A stretch of DNA of 53,311 nt, filler included, from Bipalium vagum (lineage: Eukaryota), in assembly GCA_037834085.1 (NCBI GenBank). It is 2 parts of 2 records of this genome, joined end to end, with 100 filler letters (N's around TTAATTAATTAA, not from the genome) between each part and the next. Parts side by side here need not be neighbours in the genome. Positions count along the whole stretch, not along the records: positions 1 to 29,614 come from JBBMKC010020332.1; positions 29,715 to 53,311 come from JBBMKC010207376.1. One strand, written 5' to 3'. The notes below the pieces were generated by a model. That model did not search any database, was not told the DNA's origin, and saw nothing but the letters and a program-made list of their open reading frames with translations. Of the stretch, positions 25,608 to 39,700 are shown piece by piece. A program made the position numbers and the translations under genes. How positions within the stretch are numbered: the stretch's first letter is position 1; every line of letters begins with the position of its first letter.

Positions 25608-28600
25608 TAAAAACTTTTATAAATTTTAAAAGATTTCTTAAAGTAATACATCAAAATCTCGTCGTCGGGATAATAAATTAATTTTTTGATTAACTTTATC
25701 TCTGCGTGGATAAAGTTAGAATTAATGGTCTTTTGAAGGAAATAGCCATCTCAATTTCTACGACTATATAAAGAGACGACTATTCTCAGAAAGCCGCCAA
25801 GAAATAGGAAAGACGAGAGAAGACTTTCTCAAAAACAATTATCGTTTCAATTGCCAAGAGAGAATATCATCATTGTTCCAGTATTTTCACTTATTCTACT
25901 TTTGATGACAACGCAAACGGATTTAACAATGGGGCCCAGTGAGTTTGGGAATCCCTAGGTGACATGAAAAGGACCTGGAGGACGACCCGGAGACTCATTG
26001 TCGCTCCTGGTAAGGCTATTCTAGATTTCTTTTTATTTTTTTTATTTATCTTTTATTTTGTGAATCTTAATTAATTTTTTTACATTCCGTTTGAAAGTCT
26101 ATTTTTTAACCATAAATTGTTTTAGCAATCATTTGAGTCAATATTATATGTTTGTGATAATTTGCGATTAAGGAGGATTGATTTTTTTTGTGGACATTGG
26201 ATCAGTGGATTTCGTTATTTTTAGACATTCGACTAACACTAATTCTTTGAGTGAGTGAGATTTTTCTATCACGTGTAACGATACAATTTTTTGTTTAAAT
26301 TCAATTTATGGTTTAACTCATAAGTTTTTATTGTGAGGGTTTTGATTCAAATTGAGTTTAAATTTGTGTAGCTAAATAGTAAAAGAACACAACATTGAAT
26401 AGGGAGGAGTTATTGATATCGAGCGAAAGTTACATATTTCAAGTTTAAGGAAAATAGTAACAATTATGATAGTTTTTATTAAGTTTAAGATTAAGTTTAC
26501 TCAATCCAAAATTCTTTGTATTTATTATTACTAAGTATACATAACCGATTAAAATATACCAATATTATTATGAAAATAAATTAACAACTTATTAAATCCC
26601 ACAATATTTTAGATATACCCTATTTTATTTAATATCTCATTTAAACTTTACTTTAAATTAGACATTTTGAGACCTAACCACAAAATGGTTCGTTTTTTAA
26701 TTTCAAAAATAAACCAATATTAAGCTTTCATATTGATCTTTATTTTTTAATCTTTTGACACTTCATAAAGAAATTTTTATTTAAATTTAAACATTAATTT
26801 TGAAGATATTGTACAATATTTTTGTACAGATAAAATTGTAAAAGTTTAGGATATTTTTGAATCTGTTATTGAAATTTGTTTTTAGATTATTACAGACCAA
26901 TTTTGCCCGAATTGTTTCATAGTCATAATGGGTGATGTTGGCGGAAAATTAGGCATGCCATCTGAAGTAAGCCCAGTCTTATTGAAAGACTATGTACAAG
27001 ACCAAAAGGTTTTCATAGGCTTTTATGATATTGGTTTTAAATTATCATTTATCGTGCAGAGAAACGACGTTAAAATCCAACAAAGATCAACTGGAATCCA
27101 ACGACAATATACCGGAATTGTAAAACTTCCAAAATTATCATCTTTCCATATAAAACTGATGTCTATTAATGAACAATTATCAGTTTTTGACAGCTTTTTC
27201 AATATATATCTATCGAGTTTTAATGGAAAAGTGAGTTAAGCTATCCTTAACTTCTAAATAATTTTCGGTAAACTCAAAAATAACTCAATTCCACATTCTT
27301 GTATTACAGATATTAAATGAAGGAAAATTGAACCTTTTATCTAATACAGGGTTCGCCATAAGTGACTTAACTTTTAAATCAATCATTTATCGTATTATGT
27401 TGGCAAGAAATTAATTTCATAATTATATAATATATAATTATTATAATTCACTATTCTGTAAAAGTGTGAATGCAGTTGTTAATATATTATATATAAAATA
27501 TATTAGAAAACGGTTCGTTTATATAAATCAAAATGAAGGAAATAATGAGATTCATTCGGTTCAATAAATTACTTTTCAATTATCGAATTTGGACATATGT
27601 CTTAGGTTACTTAATTGGTGAAATGCGGTTGATATGCCAACAATCAGATCTTTACCAGTGCCATGTAAAAATCCGTGATTTATTTCTTATTAAAGCATAA
27701 ACCAAAATTCTCGCCTGATGATCTTCTAAGCTAAATTCCAAGTCATTAAATCTTTTCATGGTTCGTTAGAAGGACTAGCATCTAAGTAAACACTAAACAA
27801 TACGTTAAGTTTAAATGCATTTAAACTTTTAAATTTATTTCTATAAATATCCTTATAAATACATGTACAATTCTATAAATATTAATCTCGTATTAATAAT
27901 TTATTATTATTATAATAATTATTATTTGACAATGATTTATTGTCGTATTGTTTTTCATTATGGGTATTTTAGACTCTGTTTTACTTTATCATCGCTTATC
28001 CCATGGATTCCATGTTATTAAGTAGATATCATATGGATAGAAAGCAGATCATGTATCTTAACCCAAGGTCCCTCGTCAAAATGTCGATATTTTTGAGATC
28101 TTACCGCGTATCTTCCCGGTTTATTTATATATTTTAAATGTCTATATTTTTATATTATTTTGATTCATAATTATATAATTTTATTAATACAGATAAATAA
28201 CTAAACATTTTAATCTTTTTCTGATTTTTATTTTACATAATAAAATAAAGCTATATTTCTTATACAAGTTCAATAAAAAGAACCTTTTGATAGTTCTAAT
28301 CTATCATTTCTTAATAGACTTTTGTTTTTTCGGAGAAAATTTTCCAAAATTTAAGAATGAATAAACAGTAAATATTATGAATTGATAAAAATAACCCGTT
28401 TGATCTTATTTGAAACTTGTTTTTCAGTTAGATATTCTTGATATAATCATAAAATGTCCTCGTGATCAAGAAATCGTATCAATTAATGATAATTTCCAAT
28501 GTCATTCTTGTTTACCTGGATTTTTTTTCAACAAGACATTGAAACATTGTTTGAGATGTAAAGAAGGTCAGTATCAGTTTAGCATGAGAGCATCGAACTG

Positions 28601-28709
28601 TAGTACGTGCATCATTCAAGTAAGACTTAATTATTGTACCACGGAGTTAAATAAATTTAAAATTCTGTTTCTAAATTCTAAGAACGTTTCAGATATGCTA
28701 AATATTTAA
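19915..28709 (+). CDS. Multi-exon gene for an Ig-like domain protein with a C-terminal Cys-rich (GCC2/GCC3, ephrin-receptor-like) module; ZPBP/Sp38-like
   Basis: Candidate exons ~19915-20823 (GDTISLSC...FKW...LIIKSVSLKEEGYYFC, an Ig fold), 24301-24786, 26886-27230 and 28428-28619/28709 (CHSCLPGFFFNKTLKHCLRCKEGQYQ...CSTC). Internal exons have clean AG/GT boundaries, all phase 0. The start, first donor and 3' end are uncertain. Confidence 0.7.
20977..22945 (+). mobile_element. Degenerate mariner (irritans-like) with a nested insertion
   Basis: Left TIR TA-CAAGGTTTGTCCAATAAATTCCCGGAATGG matches right CCATTTCGGGAATTTATGGA. The transposase from ~21869 reads MDEILEQMICLTFCFKLGKTATETH...ILHYDNASPH...APYSPFLAQYDFFLFPKLR. 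Confidence 0.88.
21025..21720 (+). mobile_element. Non-autonomous IS630/Tc1-like (DDE_3) element nested in the mariner
   Basis: TIRs CAGG(G/A)TTATGCAGAAATATA with ~100-bp repetitive subterminal inverted arms and TA TSDs. Internal fragment VLVMGNCRFHH...YRFLPPYLPQL. Confidence 0.85.
23000..24150 (-). mobile_element. Probable highly decayed non-LTR retrotransposon RT remnant
   Basis: Broken minus-strand frames contain YQK-FIP, GRGSIP and VHDDVLLY in RT motif order. All motifs are degenerate. Confidence 0.35.
25490..26434 (+). mobile_element. Solo LTR-like repeat copy 3
   Basis: TGTTGGTTTGCCA...GAGCGAAAGTTACA, TATA-like motif at ~25765, collinear with 7062-7906. No clear TSD. Confidence 0.7.
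25540..25606. repeat. (AAT)n microsatellite
   Basis: About 22 perfect trinucleotide units. Confidence 0.95.
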
Positions 28710-28890
28710 CTTAACAATATACATTTCTAAATTAGATGGACCTATTAAAATGGACCTAACTATGGAACTTTTAAATTAGTTTTGTTTCAAATGTAAATAT
28801 ATTACTAAAGAATGTGGAAGTAAGCTTCCTGAAAAAGTTTCAAATAAAATTTACAGGGTGTCGCAAAAATGTATACTTCATTGATAGTGT

Positions 28891-29300
28891 TGTTGGGTTG
28901 GCCAAAGGCACAAAAGGTGAAATAATGAGATTAATAAAAATAATTTTAATTTAAAAAAATTGAAAATTTTAAAATATTAGAAAAGCAATATATCAAAATC
29001 TCGTCGCCGAGATAATGATATATTGCTTCATTAATTATTATTTCGTGAAAGATATATCCCGTCGTGAGGACTATCACTTTTAATAAATTATGTTTTCGAC
29101 TAATTTTATTTCGGGTGAAGATATATTAAGGATTAATGGCTATGAAGGAAATAGCCGTCTCAAAGTGTAGAGATTGGTGATCGTAGACCAATTCTACAGA
29201 AAGGGATTTTTTTGTTTTGTTTTATAAATTTTTACTGTGATTTTTTTGATTCAAATCAGGTGCAGACAAGGTTTTATTGTGGAATTTTATATATTTTTTC
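28891..29300 (+). mobile_element. Deleted LTR-like repeat copy 4
   Basis: Starts TGTTGGGTTGGCCAAAGG. Shares TCAAAATCTCGTCG and GAAGGAAATAGCC with copy 3, and GATTGGTGATCGTAG with copy 2. Confidence 0.65.
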
Positions 29301-29614
29301 TTTTTTCCTCTGTAACCCTACAGAAAGCTCTTTCTTTTATAAATGATTTTTCAGCCAGCTGACCAATTCAGAAATTGAGAAACTAGCAATTTATTTACTA
29401 GCAATTTATATTTTCTATAATGCTGGAATAATTTAATAATTATCTTTTCCCTTCTAAAATAATTCAATATAATTTTTGGCTACAAAGATTTTATTTTAGA
29501 ATTATTTATATCAATATAATTAATAATTATTATTAGTAATATTATGTTCAATATTTAGGGTATCAAATTTAACCTGACTCCAAAATCTTAGGTGGTGCAA
29601 ATCAAAACAATCAG

Positions 29615-29714
29615 NNNNNNNNNNNNNNNNNNNNNNNNNNNNNNNNNNNNNNNNNNNNTTAATTAATTAANNNNNNNNNNNNNNNNNNNNNNNNNNNNNN
29701 NNNNNNNNNNNNNN
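29615..29714. other. Artificial assembly spacer: 44 N + TTAATTAATTAA + 44 N
   Basis: Exactly 100 bp and symmetric. The 12-mer places stop codons in all six frames. Confidence 0.97.
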
Positions 29715-30544
29715 TTATAACTCCATCCTGCTTGAAAATGTAAAGCATAAATCCTGCTTCTATCGAAGTTACAAATATCATTTCCCCTGAAAATTTTCGC
29801 CATTAGTTTTATTTAAACCAAAATATCGCTAAAATAAACAATTTAGCTTATTTAATCACATTTTATTTAAATAATTGTTAAATTATTTAACTTTTATTAC
29901 CAAAATTACAAATTTGTGGATTTTTAAAGGGGTGGACAATTCTTTGGACCAAACTGTATATCGACGAATATCTTCTCGAATGGTTTATTTGAATATAGTC
30001 TTATTGTTTCTTCTGTCAAGGCTGTCATCTCTGATTTGGTCCTTTGACACAACCCTGTACATATGTCATTACTCTGGTGCTCATCTGTTCTGTAGATATA
30101 TCAACGTCTTTTCCATTCCAGCAAGACAGTTGTTTATGTGTTTCTTCGATCATTTCTTCACATTTATCCCTTGGTATTCATATTCTTCCATTCCTGTAGT
30201 ATGAATGACGTTGTGGATTACGGTTAATTTTGCATCATGCCCTTTTTCAGCCCTCTCTTTTACTTGTCTAATTTCCTAGCTGTCATGTAGCCATTTGTAG
30301 TCTTCCTTTGTCATTATTGTGAGTACCCTTGTCTTTATTTTTTCGGCCTTTTTTTCTTCCTGCACCATTTGGCAGAGTGAATACATTCCACATTTCAACC
30401 ATGATATTCTACCATGTTTATACATATCTTCTCTTCTACATTCTCAAAGAATTGTACTTTAAATAAAACAAAATTATTTTTTATAAAAGAAAATTTTTAT
30501 TAAATTTTATTTCTAATATTCTGTTAATTTTCACTCATATTCAG

Positions 30545-30700
30545 GACAACGAAGGCCTTTCCTTAAATCTTGCCGTATATCATATGGGAATTGTTATTTT
30601 TCAAAAATATACAAAAATCAACACATTCAATTGGTCAAAAATTCGAAAATTGAGTTTCAAAAGAAAACGATTTTTAATAAAGTTACACCCAGAAGAATAT
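30545..30700 (+). CDS. FARP: FARP-family exon, FERM-C first half (absent from the ORF track)
   Basis: [52 protein letters not shown]; TTCAG acceptor and GTACGG donor. Confidence 0.92.
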
Positions 30701-33700
30701 GTACGGTTCATTTTAAATTGTCTTCTCGAAATATAATCTTCATAAATTAATTTATATTCGCTTTTTATTTTTAATAAAATTATTTCACTTTTAATTATAT
30801 ATAATCGGTAATTAAAACAAATACGCGCTATATTTATAAGACACAATTTGGAGAGGATCCAATGTCATAAATATTATATTTTGGAAAGAAAAACGTGTTA
30901 TAAGAAGGGTTATATTATAAAAAATTTAATTATATTAAATTTATTATATATGAAAATTTCCACTGAGTTCTCAATAATAAATTATTATTTTTTCGTAAAA
31001 TGAGATGAATTAAAATTGTGTCAAATATTTTTTATCAAACTATTTAAACAAGATACTGGTGGAAATTCGTTTCCTGGAAAATTCTTTTGTTTCAGAGTTA
31101 AATTACCTACATTTTATAAAAAGAATATTTTCTATTTGATTTAGAAGCTTAATTGATATATATATTGTTTTTTTCTACATTTTGTGAATCTTTCTGTTTT
31201 ATAATACCGTCTTTTTTATGAATTAAATAATTTACTAAGCACTCTTAGGTGTATAAGTATAATTCTGCCTTTTTTTTAATAACAAAGGACAATTTTTAAA
31301 GTTGATTTAATAACGTTTTATCAAAATATTTTCCATTTACAGATATGATATTGGACCAACTCTTAGGCAAAGAATGAATTCCAAGAAAAAAATTCTGGTC
31401 CTTTTAAAGAAAATCCAGGTATTAATCTATTTTTCAGGGTCTTCATCGGAACTAAACCGCTAACCAGAAAGCGCAGAATGCATCGAGCTGAACAAATGGA
31501 AATATATATATATATATAAGACTTCCCAGTTTGCACCTTTTAAGTAACTATTTTCAACAGGATGAACATTGGATATTATCGCGTTATCGTGTAGTAAAAT
31601 TATTTTATCATGTCTGTACGATGGTTTCAACAGTTCATAAGAAGTTATATTTTTGATCTCACTAGATACACAGTATCATTTTAGATCGATGGGTGTTTTC
31701 GTTTTAAGTTGTCATATCGATTCTATTTCACAAGTGCTATCGCAATCCTATGTAAGAAACGTTTTCTTTGTTGCCTCTGAAGATGGATATCATAAATTGT
31801 AAGTCGCCTTTCAATATCTCTTTCCGTCAATCTATGTGATACACATTTCCATAATTTTCTAATCATTCCCATACTTTCAGAAATTTGGAAATGCATCCTT
31901 GGCTCATATTTAACACAGTGACAGTTCGTTTGCGTTTGACAGGGCTCTTTGTGTAGTAATTGTGCCAATTCTTCATATTCAAAAATTTTTGTTGCCTACC
32001 ATGATCTTTGTCCATGATGTCGTAATCTTATTTCATGAATCGGCAAAACCATTCTTTGTAAGTATTAGAGGAAGGAGAATATTTGTCTTAAATGTCTACC
32101 AACAAGTGGTGTGTTTCTGCACAGGTTTTCTTTGCTAAAAATTAACGCAACATTACTTCCCACAAATAATATTTATTTTGAACAAAGTTGGCCATTTTGA
32201 ATTGCTGCATTATTATAACAATACCTTTTTAAATAAAGTGATATTTTTATTGAATTATTAATATATGGTCTTACAAATAATATATGATACCAATTTAATT
32301 TATTCATTGACCCACAAATTTGAACTCATTTTTTAAAAGCCCGAATCATAGTAATACAATTCAATTAAATAGAAAATTATTTCTTGTATTTTTTATTTGT
32401 ATGTTTTCAAGTTTGTTTTAATATAGCCAATTTGGATATTTCATAACCAATGTTTTTCAAATTTGATTTGATTTTAGAAACTTGTTTATATTTTTTGGAA
32501 ATGAAAGTTATAAATTATATTATTTTCCAGATATTATTTGTTGTATTTACTCTGAAATGAAATTTTCAGAATTCTTTGGTATTGTTTTAAAAATTTCTTT
32601 AAAAAATTTTAATATTTTAAATTAAATATAAAAAATTAATTAATTTCCTTCAAAATCTGGTTGAATATTATTCTTTTTAGTTTTTCAAGTTATTAAGATA
32701 ACAATTTTTTATATTATTTTTATTTTTTATTTATAAATTTATCCAATTTATGATGTCAGTAATTATAAATAAATAATCAATAAAAGATTAATTATAAAAA
32801 AATTATCACTAGACATTGAAAATTTTATGAAATAATAATTAGAAAATTCTAACTTTTCATCTTTTTTATAATATTATTTATATTGCTTACAAGAACCATT
32901 AAATTTATTGATTTATTTTTATTTTTCTATTTAATTTTACATTGAAGATCATTAATAAAAATTATGAGAAAACAGATAACAGTCTAAAATCAATATCTCA
33001 TCTATACATAAATCTATACTTTTTTTTATAATTTATTTTTTTTATCATGCAACCTAATTTTACCAGAATATGTCTACAACTTTTAATTTTCTTATCTTTA
33101 GTCTGCAGATCTTAACAATTTTCATACTTTTACTTTTTATAATTTATTATTTATTAATTGAAACTTGATTAACCCTTTCATGAAAAATGATAAAAATTAA
33201 ACACGTAAAATATTAATAAATAATTTTTATAGATCTTTATACTTTTAACTATAAAAATATAACTATTTAGTATTTCGAACAAAAATAAAGAATGACTAAA
33301 GATTAAATACTCAATATATTTTATCAATTTCAAGGAAAATTTCAACTAAATTAAACAATATTTTATTAATCGATTTTATTTATCTTTTTACTTTTTATTA
33401 TTTTTATTTGCTTTATAAGATATAAAATAATTTCATTTATTTATTTCAGCTGGAGCTTTTTGTTTTGTGGGTTGTTCAAGTAATTTAATGTACCATTGTC
33501 TATGTTTTGAACGTTAAAGATTTTTTTATGTTAAATAATAGAATAATAATTATAATAATAAATAAATAAAATAATATTAATATTAATAATAATTTTTATT
33601 CATATCTTTCTTAGTAAGAAATAATTTTAGTTATTTTAAGAGTTTAATTATTTATTATTATTATAATAAATAATTATTTATTTAATTATATTATAAATAA

Positions 33701-36700
33701 TCTTCTCAGCGTGAAAACATTATTAATTCGTTTAAAACTAATATATTATAATTTTTTAATTTCCAAATCTTAAAACAAAATATATTTTTAAAAAGTAAAT
33801 CATTTATTTAAAAATTTTCCTTTTTCAAATCTCATAAAGCCCAATTAACCTACGTATTGATTATAATTAAATTTGGATCATTAATCATCATAAAATTATT
33901 TTATTTTTATTTTAATATGATCAGAAATAAAATTATTTTGTTACTGTAATAATAGTACGCTTAAAAATCTCTACTAGAATTATAAATAGTTAATTAAAAT
34001 TCTAATTAAATGTCTTTCTATTTTCCTTTTTCACTTCATATCATTTTTTCTTTTTTATTATTATTTATAATATTATTTTTTTTAATTTATTGATTGTTTT
34101 ATCGTAATTCTTCTTTTTACGCATATAATATGTACATCTATTTTTTTGTTTGCTTTCTCATGTTCATTACAGAAAACTTTGACTGTAATATAATTTGTTC
34201 TTTTAAAAATAAAGGTAACATGTTGCACTTTTATGGTAGAAGAATTCTTTTAAATATATACAGTTTTTATATAAATAACCGAACTTTGTTGATACACTTT
34301 CAATGCCAATTTTAGTTTTGGGAAATAGAAAATAGTCGCATGGTGATAGATCAGGCGAATATTGTGGATTTGGTCGAATTTTTCTTTGGTCGAAAATTCA
34401 CAAACTTTTATGGTCTTGTGGGGCGGGGTATTATCGTGCAATATAAAGAAATTTCCTTTTTTCTCTAGGAATATTTCTGAATAACTCTAACAATTTTTGA
34501 CCAGAAACTATGAAAAACATTTAAATAATATTCTCCATTAAAAATTTGATCTTTTTGAACAAATTCTTAAGGACTATTTTGAATCATAAAAAGTAATAAG
34601 CATTGTCTTAATTCTTGATTTTTGAAAATGCAATTTTTTGAGTTTCGGCTCATCTACCGATTTCCATTTACGACTTTGACACTTATTTTATGGATCACAA
34701 TTGAAACACCGCGTCTCATCACCAGTTATAATTGAGTCGATATAATCTTGATTGTTTTCAACAGAGTTGAGGAGATCTTTACAATATTCAACACGAGCTG
34801 TTTTTCGGTCCTCATTTAATGCATGGGGAACAAACTTGGCACAAACTTTTCTTTTACCCAAATCTTTCGTTAGAATTATCCAAATGGTAAAGACAACTTT
34901 TTAATTTAATTCTTATGCTAACATTCTCACAGTCATTTTACCATCCAAAGTAATGATTTCACGTACTTTTTCCAAAAAATGTGGACAAAATTCAGCAAAT
35001 TTAAATGATCACTATTATTTTTAAATCGTGCAAACCATGTGTAAACTTGTGTAAACTTTTTGTAACAATTCATAACTCTGTAAATTTTTCCCAATTTTAA
35101 AAGAAAAATTAATATTTACTCTTTGTTCCATTGTAAATCTATGACATGAGCATGTTAATACCTTTATTTAAATTCAAATAGAACCCAAACCTGTTATTCA
35201 AATAAAATAAATTTTGATGATTTTCAGAGATGAATGATGCAATTTTAAAGAAAGATTAGTTTAAACAAATAAAATTTTTACTATATGAGTTAAATCAAAA
35301 GTTCGGTTACTTATACAACACACTGTTATAATTTAACATTTTAGCTTGCTTGTTTGTATTGTTTGAAATTTTTTTCATGACTTTGAATTATAGACTGTAA
35401 TTTATTTTTTAGGGATTTTATAAGGATACTTTGGAGTTTTATTTCGATTCAAGAGATAGTTGTAAAAACTTTTGGAAAAAATGTATTGAACACCATTCGT
35501 TTTTTCGAACTCATTCAAGCTCATCAAGAACATCTCATCTGCATGGCAGTTTAAGTAAAACTCAAAGATTTAGAAGAAACTTTAGTGGATCACAATTTAG
35601 GTAAAATTTCAATTTATTAAGTTACATAATGTGACTTATTAAAGTATTTTATTTTTTATTAGGCATAATATGAAATAACTAACCTTTTTAAATTTATTAT
35701 TATTAATTAATTTATTAATATTATTAATAACTTAATGTTAAGTAGGATTTTTATTTTATTTTGATATTTAACAGAATATCCTAAAAGGTTTATACAATCA
35801 TATGAAGTTATAGTACATCAGTATTGTTAGAGAAAGTTGACATGGATTCATTTGAAAATATTAATTAAAATAGCTGCTATGATTACATATAAATAATATG
35901 GATTTATTAAAATCGATTTACTGACATATACAGTAATATAATTTCAAATACAAATAATTCAAATGTAATCCATTTTTTTAATAATTGCTATTTTCTAGAG
36001 TAGTTATTCAAATTTTCATAAGATTTTAATATCTTCTAATTTTTGCATCTAAATATATCAGGATACATCCAGAACAAAGATCATTTGATGAAGGTTTTAA
36101 TTTTTATTTTATGATGAAGAAAGATGAACAGAAGCCTACTGGATACTTTGTGAGATGCATAGAAAATATGTGTGATCTCATGAGACATCCAAAATTTCAG
36201 AAATAATGATTTGTGTGAAAGACAAAAAAACATCCAGGCCGTCTTTCCAAAATTTAGTTCAAGTCTTTAGAAAACGTACTGGTGAAGATGCGTGCCAATC
36301 TCGAAAACAATTTGCCATAGATTCATGTGTTACTTCAACATGAGGGAAAGATTTTATAGGAATGAATCAATTGAACGGAAGACAATTGTAGAGCTAAGTA
36401 GTAAGTGGGATATTGTTACAACTATACGAAAAAGTATTTCTTACATCGAATTTTGACAGGAGATGAAAATTTCACTTATTTGGGAAAACCTGAACGCACA
36501 AAATCATGGCAGAATCCAGATCAAATCCCAATACGGACTACATAATCAGACAGCTTTGAAAAGAATGATCAGTGTTTGATATGATCATAAAAGTGTGAGA
36601 TACCAAGAATTCTGAAACCAAATGAAACTTTTAAATTTGGGTTATGCCAAAAAAAATTAGTCAAGCTGATTTGATTTTAAAATAATAAAAGACCAAAACA

Positions 36701-39700
36701 CATGCCAAAGTAATTTTTCTCCATGACAACGCAAACTTCTAAATCAGTTAAAAGCTATGGCTTGGGATGTACTCACCAACCTGTCGCATTAACCAAATCT
36801 TGCTCCTTTGGATTTTCATCTTTTTCGGTCAATAGCAGCACTTCAAAACGTGCGAATATCCTAAAAAACAGGTCTTTTTTGTGGTTCCCCTCAAAGCCTT
36901 ACTTCTTTTGATTTTTTCATTAGTTAACTGAAACATGGGATCTATGTGGGGATAGCCGTCGGCAATATTATTTTTTGTGCATCTTCTGAATTTATCGAGC
37001 TTTTTTTAAAAAAAATCAACATTATTTATCTATTTGCATAAGCAGAAATGAAAATACCTTGTCATTAAATTAATAACATTTACAAGCTGTAAATAATTGA
37101 TTTTATTATTAGGGATATTTTCGTTTATTATTATTATTAAAATGATATTTTAAAAATAATAATAAAATTATCATTTTTTATTTATCACATTTTTCTTTTG
37201 CTGATCCGTGAAATTATGTTTTATGAATTTTAATTCTAATTCATATGCATGAGCAATATATATCTATTTAAATAATGATTACAATATAAACTAAGAATAA
37301 TAAAAAATTGTATAGAATTTATAAAATTAATATAAATAGATATAAAATAAATATAATTTTTAATTTTAATTAAAAATAAAATAATTTTTTGATTTAGAAT
37401 TAAAATTTATAAATATTATTATTTAAAATATTAATACTTATCTAAATAAATATTTTTGTATAATATTTTGTATAATGATTGGTTTGAAATATTGTTGTTA
37501 ATGGAATTTTTTTTCAATAGAGACCTCTTTTATAATAGCATATATTTAACTTCCTAAATTAAGTTTTATTTTAGTGTTAATTTGATATTAATTTTAACTT
37601 GATTTTTAAATTAGTTTCTAAAATTATTAAATTCTTTAATTCAAAAATGTTTTGTATTTATTAATTAAAATAACAATGAGGTTGGTATTTGAAAAAGGAT
37701 TTGTTTAAATAGTTGTTTTTAGAGTAAAAGCAGAAAATCAAATGTCTACTGCAGAATATAACTTTTTGGTTATAATTTGATACTAAGTTAAGGTATTCAA
37801 AAATTAAAGCTAAGAAAGTAAATAAAAATAAGAAGTTAAATTGAAAAAGTAAATTAATTTAGAAAAAATTTTCATATAGAATATCATGAAATATGTTATG
37901 ATTAGGTATTATAATATATAAAAAGTTTTTAAAAGTATATGAAACAAAAAATAAAATCGATATTTATTCTACATTATAAATTTTGATGGAATAATAAATG
38001 TTAAATTATCAATTAATCCATATTTAATTTTATAATTTATGGATTAGTAAATTTCTATCTAATTTACTTTAAAGACATGCATATTAATTTAATAATATTT
38101 TATAAATATTATAATTTTGTATATAATAATATTTTTATATTAATAGACATTCTGTTAATTTTGATTTTTAATTATTTTCTCTCGAGTAATGACTTGCAGA
38201 AATGAAATAGATACAACTTAAAACCAAATACAATTTTTTCTCTTTAGTTTAGTATTAACATTGCAAAAAGTTTATAATTTTTTATACAAAGAATTTTTTA
38301 AATTTTCTTGATTTTAAAAATATTAATAAAAATGATCTTTGTAGAATTTTTATAGAATTATTGCTATTATAATTTAACTCTTAAGAGGTGCAAAATAACA
38401 ACAATCAGTAAATCAATAATTTGTAATTATTTCACAATAGAACACACAAGTCACAATGATAACAATAACAAAATCGACCAAATTGATAAAGGGATCACAA
38501 GGAATAATAACCGTTAAATCATCAATGTAAATGTTAATGGTCAATAAAATTAAATAACTGTGAAGTAAAAAGAAGAAAAACAATCTTACGAGTTGTCTTC
38601 GTTTAAAATTTCGGCTGCGTTTACAGTTGCTCAGAGATAACCCTCTGATGGAGAACTTAAACATAATTCAAACAAGATTCAAACATAAATTACTTTTAAA
38701 TTAATCTTCTTTGCAATAAAATCTTATTTTTGAATAGCAATAAACTCTTCTTTTTTAATAACAAAAAACTCTTATTCTCAATAAATAACAATTTAGAAAT
38801 GTCTTTCTTGAATGCTTTTGAGAGTTAAATTGTGAGGAAATGCTTCTCCTTTTATACTGATTCTCAAGGAATCCGTTTAGATACAAGCAACTTCAAATTT
38901 TCTCCATGAGAATTATTTTCGGGAGCCTTGCGTTCCCATTTTTCTCTCAAAATCTTGGATAATATTTCAAATGAATAATAATTCATAAAATTAATTTTTA
39001 TATCAATCAATAAAAATTGAAAATTTATTTCTAATAATGTATAAAAAACATTTAGTTATTCAAACATAAAAGTAATATATTTATTTATGATTTTATTTTC
39101 AATCATATTGTATTTCCTGTTAAATGTCACAATTAAAATAAAAAAGAATGGCACGTATTTCCTACAACACAGAAAAGAAAGTAATTTTTGAAAATTTATA
39201 AAATCCTTCAATTTTATTGATATTTTATTCAAAATCAAGATTAATTAATTGATTAATATTTTCGGTTGATATATCTTCAAAAAAATATTTTAAAATTTTC
39301 AAAATCATTAATTTTATAATAATTTTGTTATTTTTATCGATTTTCAATAAAGAAAAATGCTATAGAAAAATGATGTCTTAAAAAGGTATTATAAAAAGTC
39401 CAGAAATTAATACATTTATTTAACTTTGAATGAAATATAATAATTTATTATATTAGTATTCAGTAAATATTTTTTATTAAATAATAAATATTTTTCCTCC
39501 TAATTTTCTGTTAATTAATTTGTTATTACTGATATAACTGATTATAAGATCATTCTCGAGATATAATAGTAAAACGGACTTTATATTAAAATTAGTGACA
39601 ATTGATAATTTGAAAAATTAATAACTTCCTAGGAAAAAGAAATTAAATTAAATTAGATTTTTTTGTGGTTTTCAACCATTCACAAAAATGATTACAATAA

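Noticed and set aside
29659-29670. TTAATTAATTAA as a biological palindrome
   Set aside because: It is a synthetic six-frame stop linker centred in N padding.
29960-30440. Minus-strand coding-like island
   Set aside because: It has no recognisable motif or clean frame and is probably a decayed repeat.
33450-33479. Micro-exon candidate ([10 protein letters not shown]) between the FARP FERM-C exons
   Set aside because: The flanking exons already join into a contiguous FERM-C domain, and the donor is weak.
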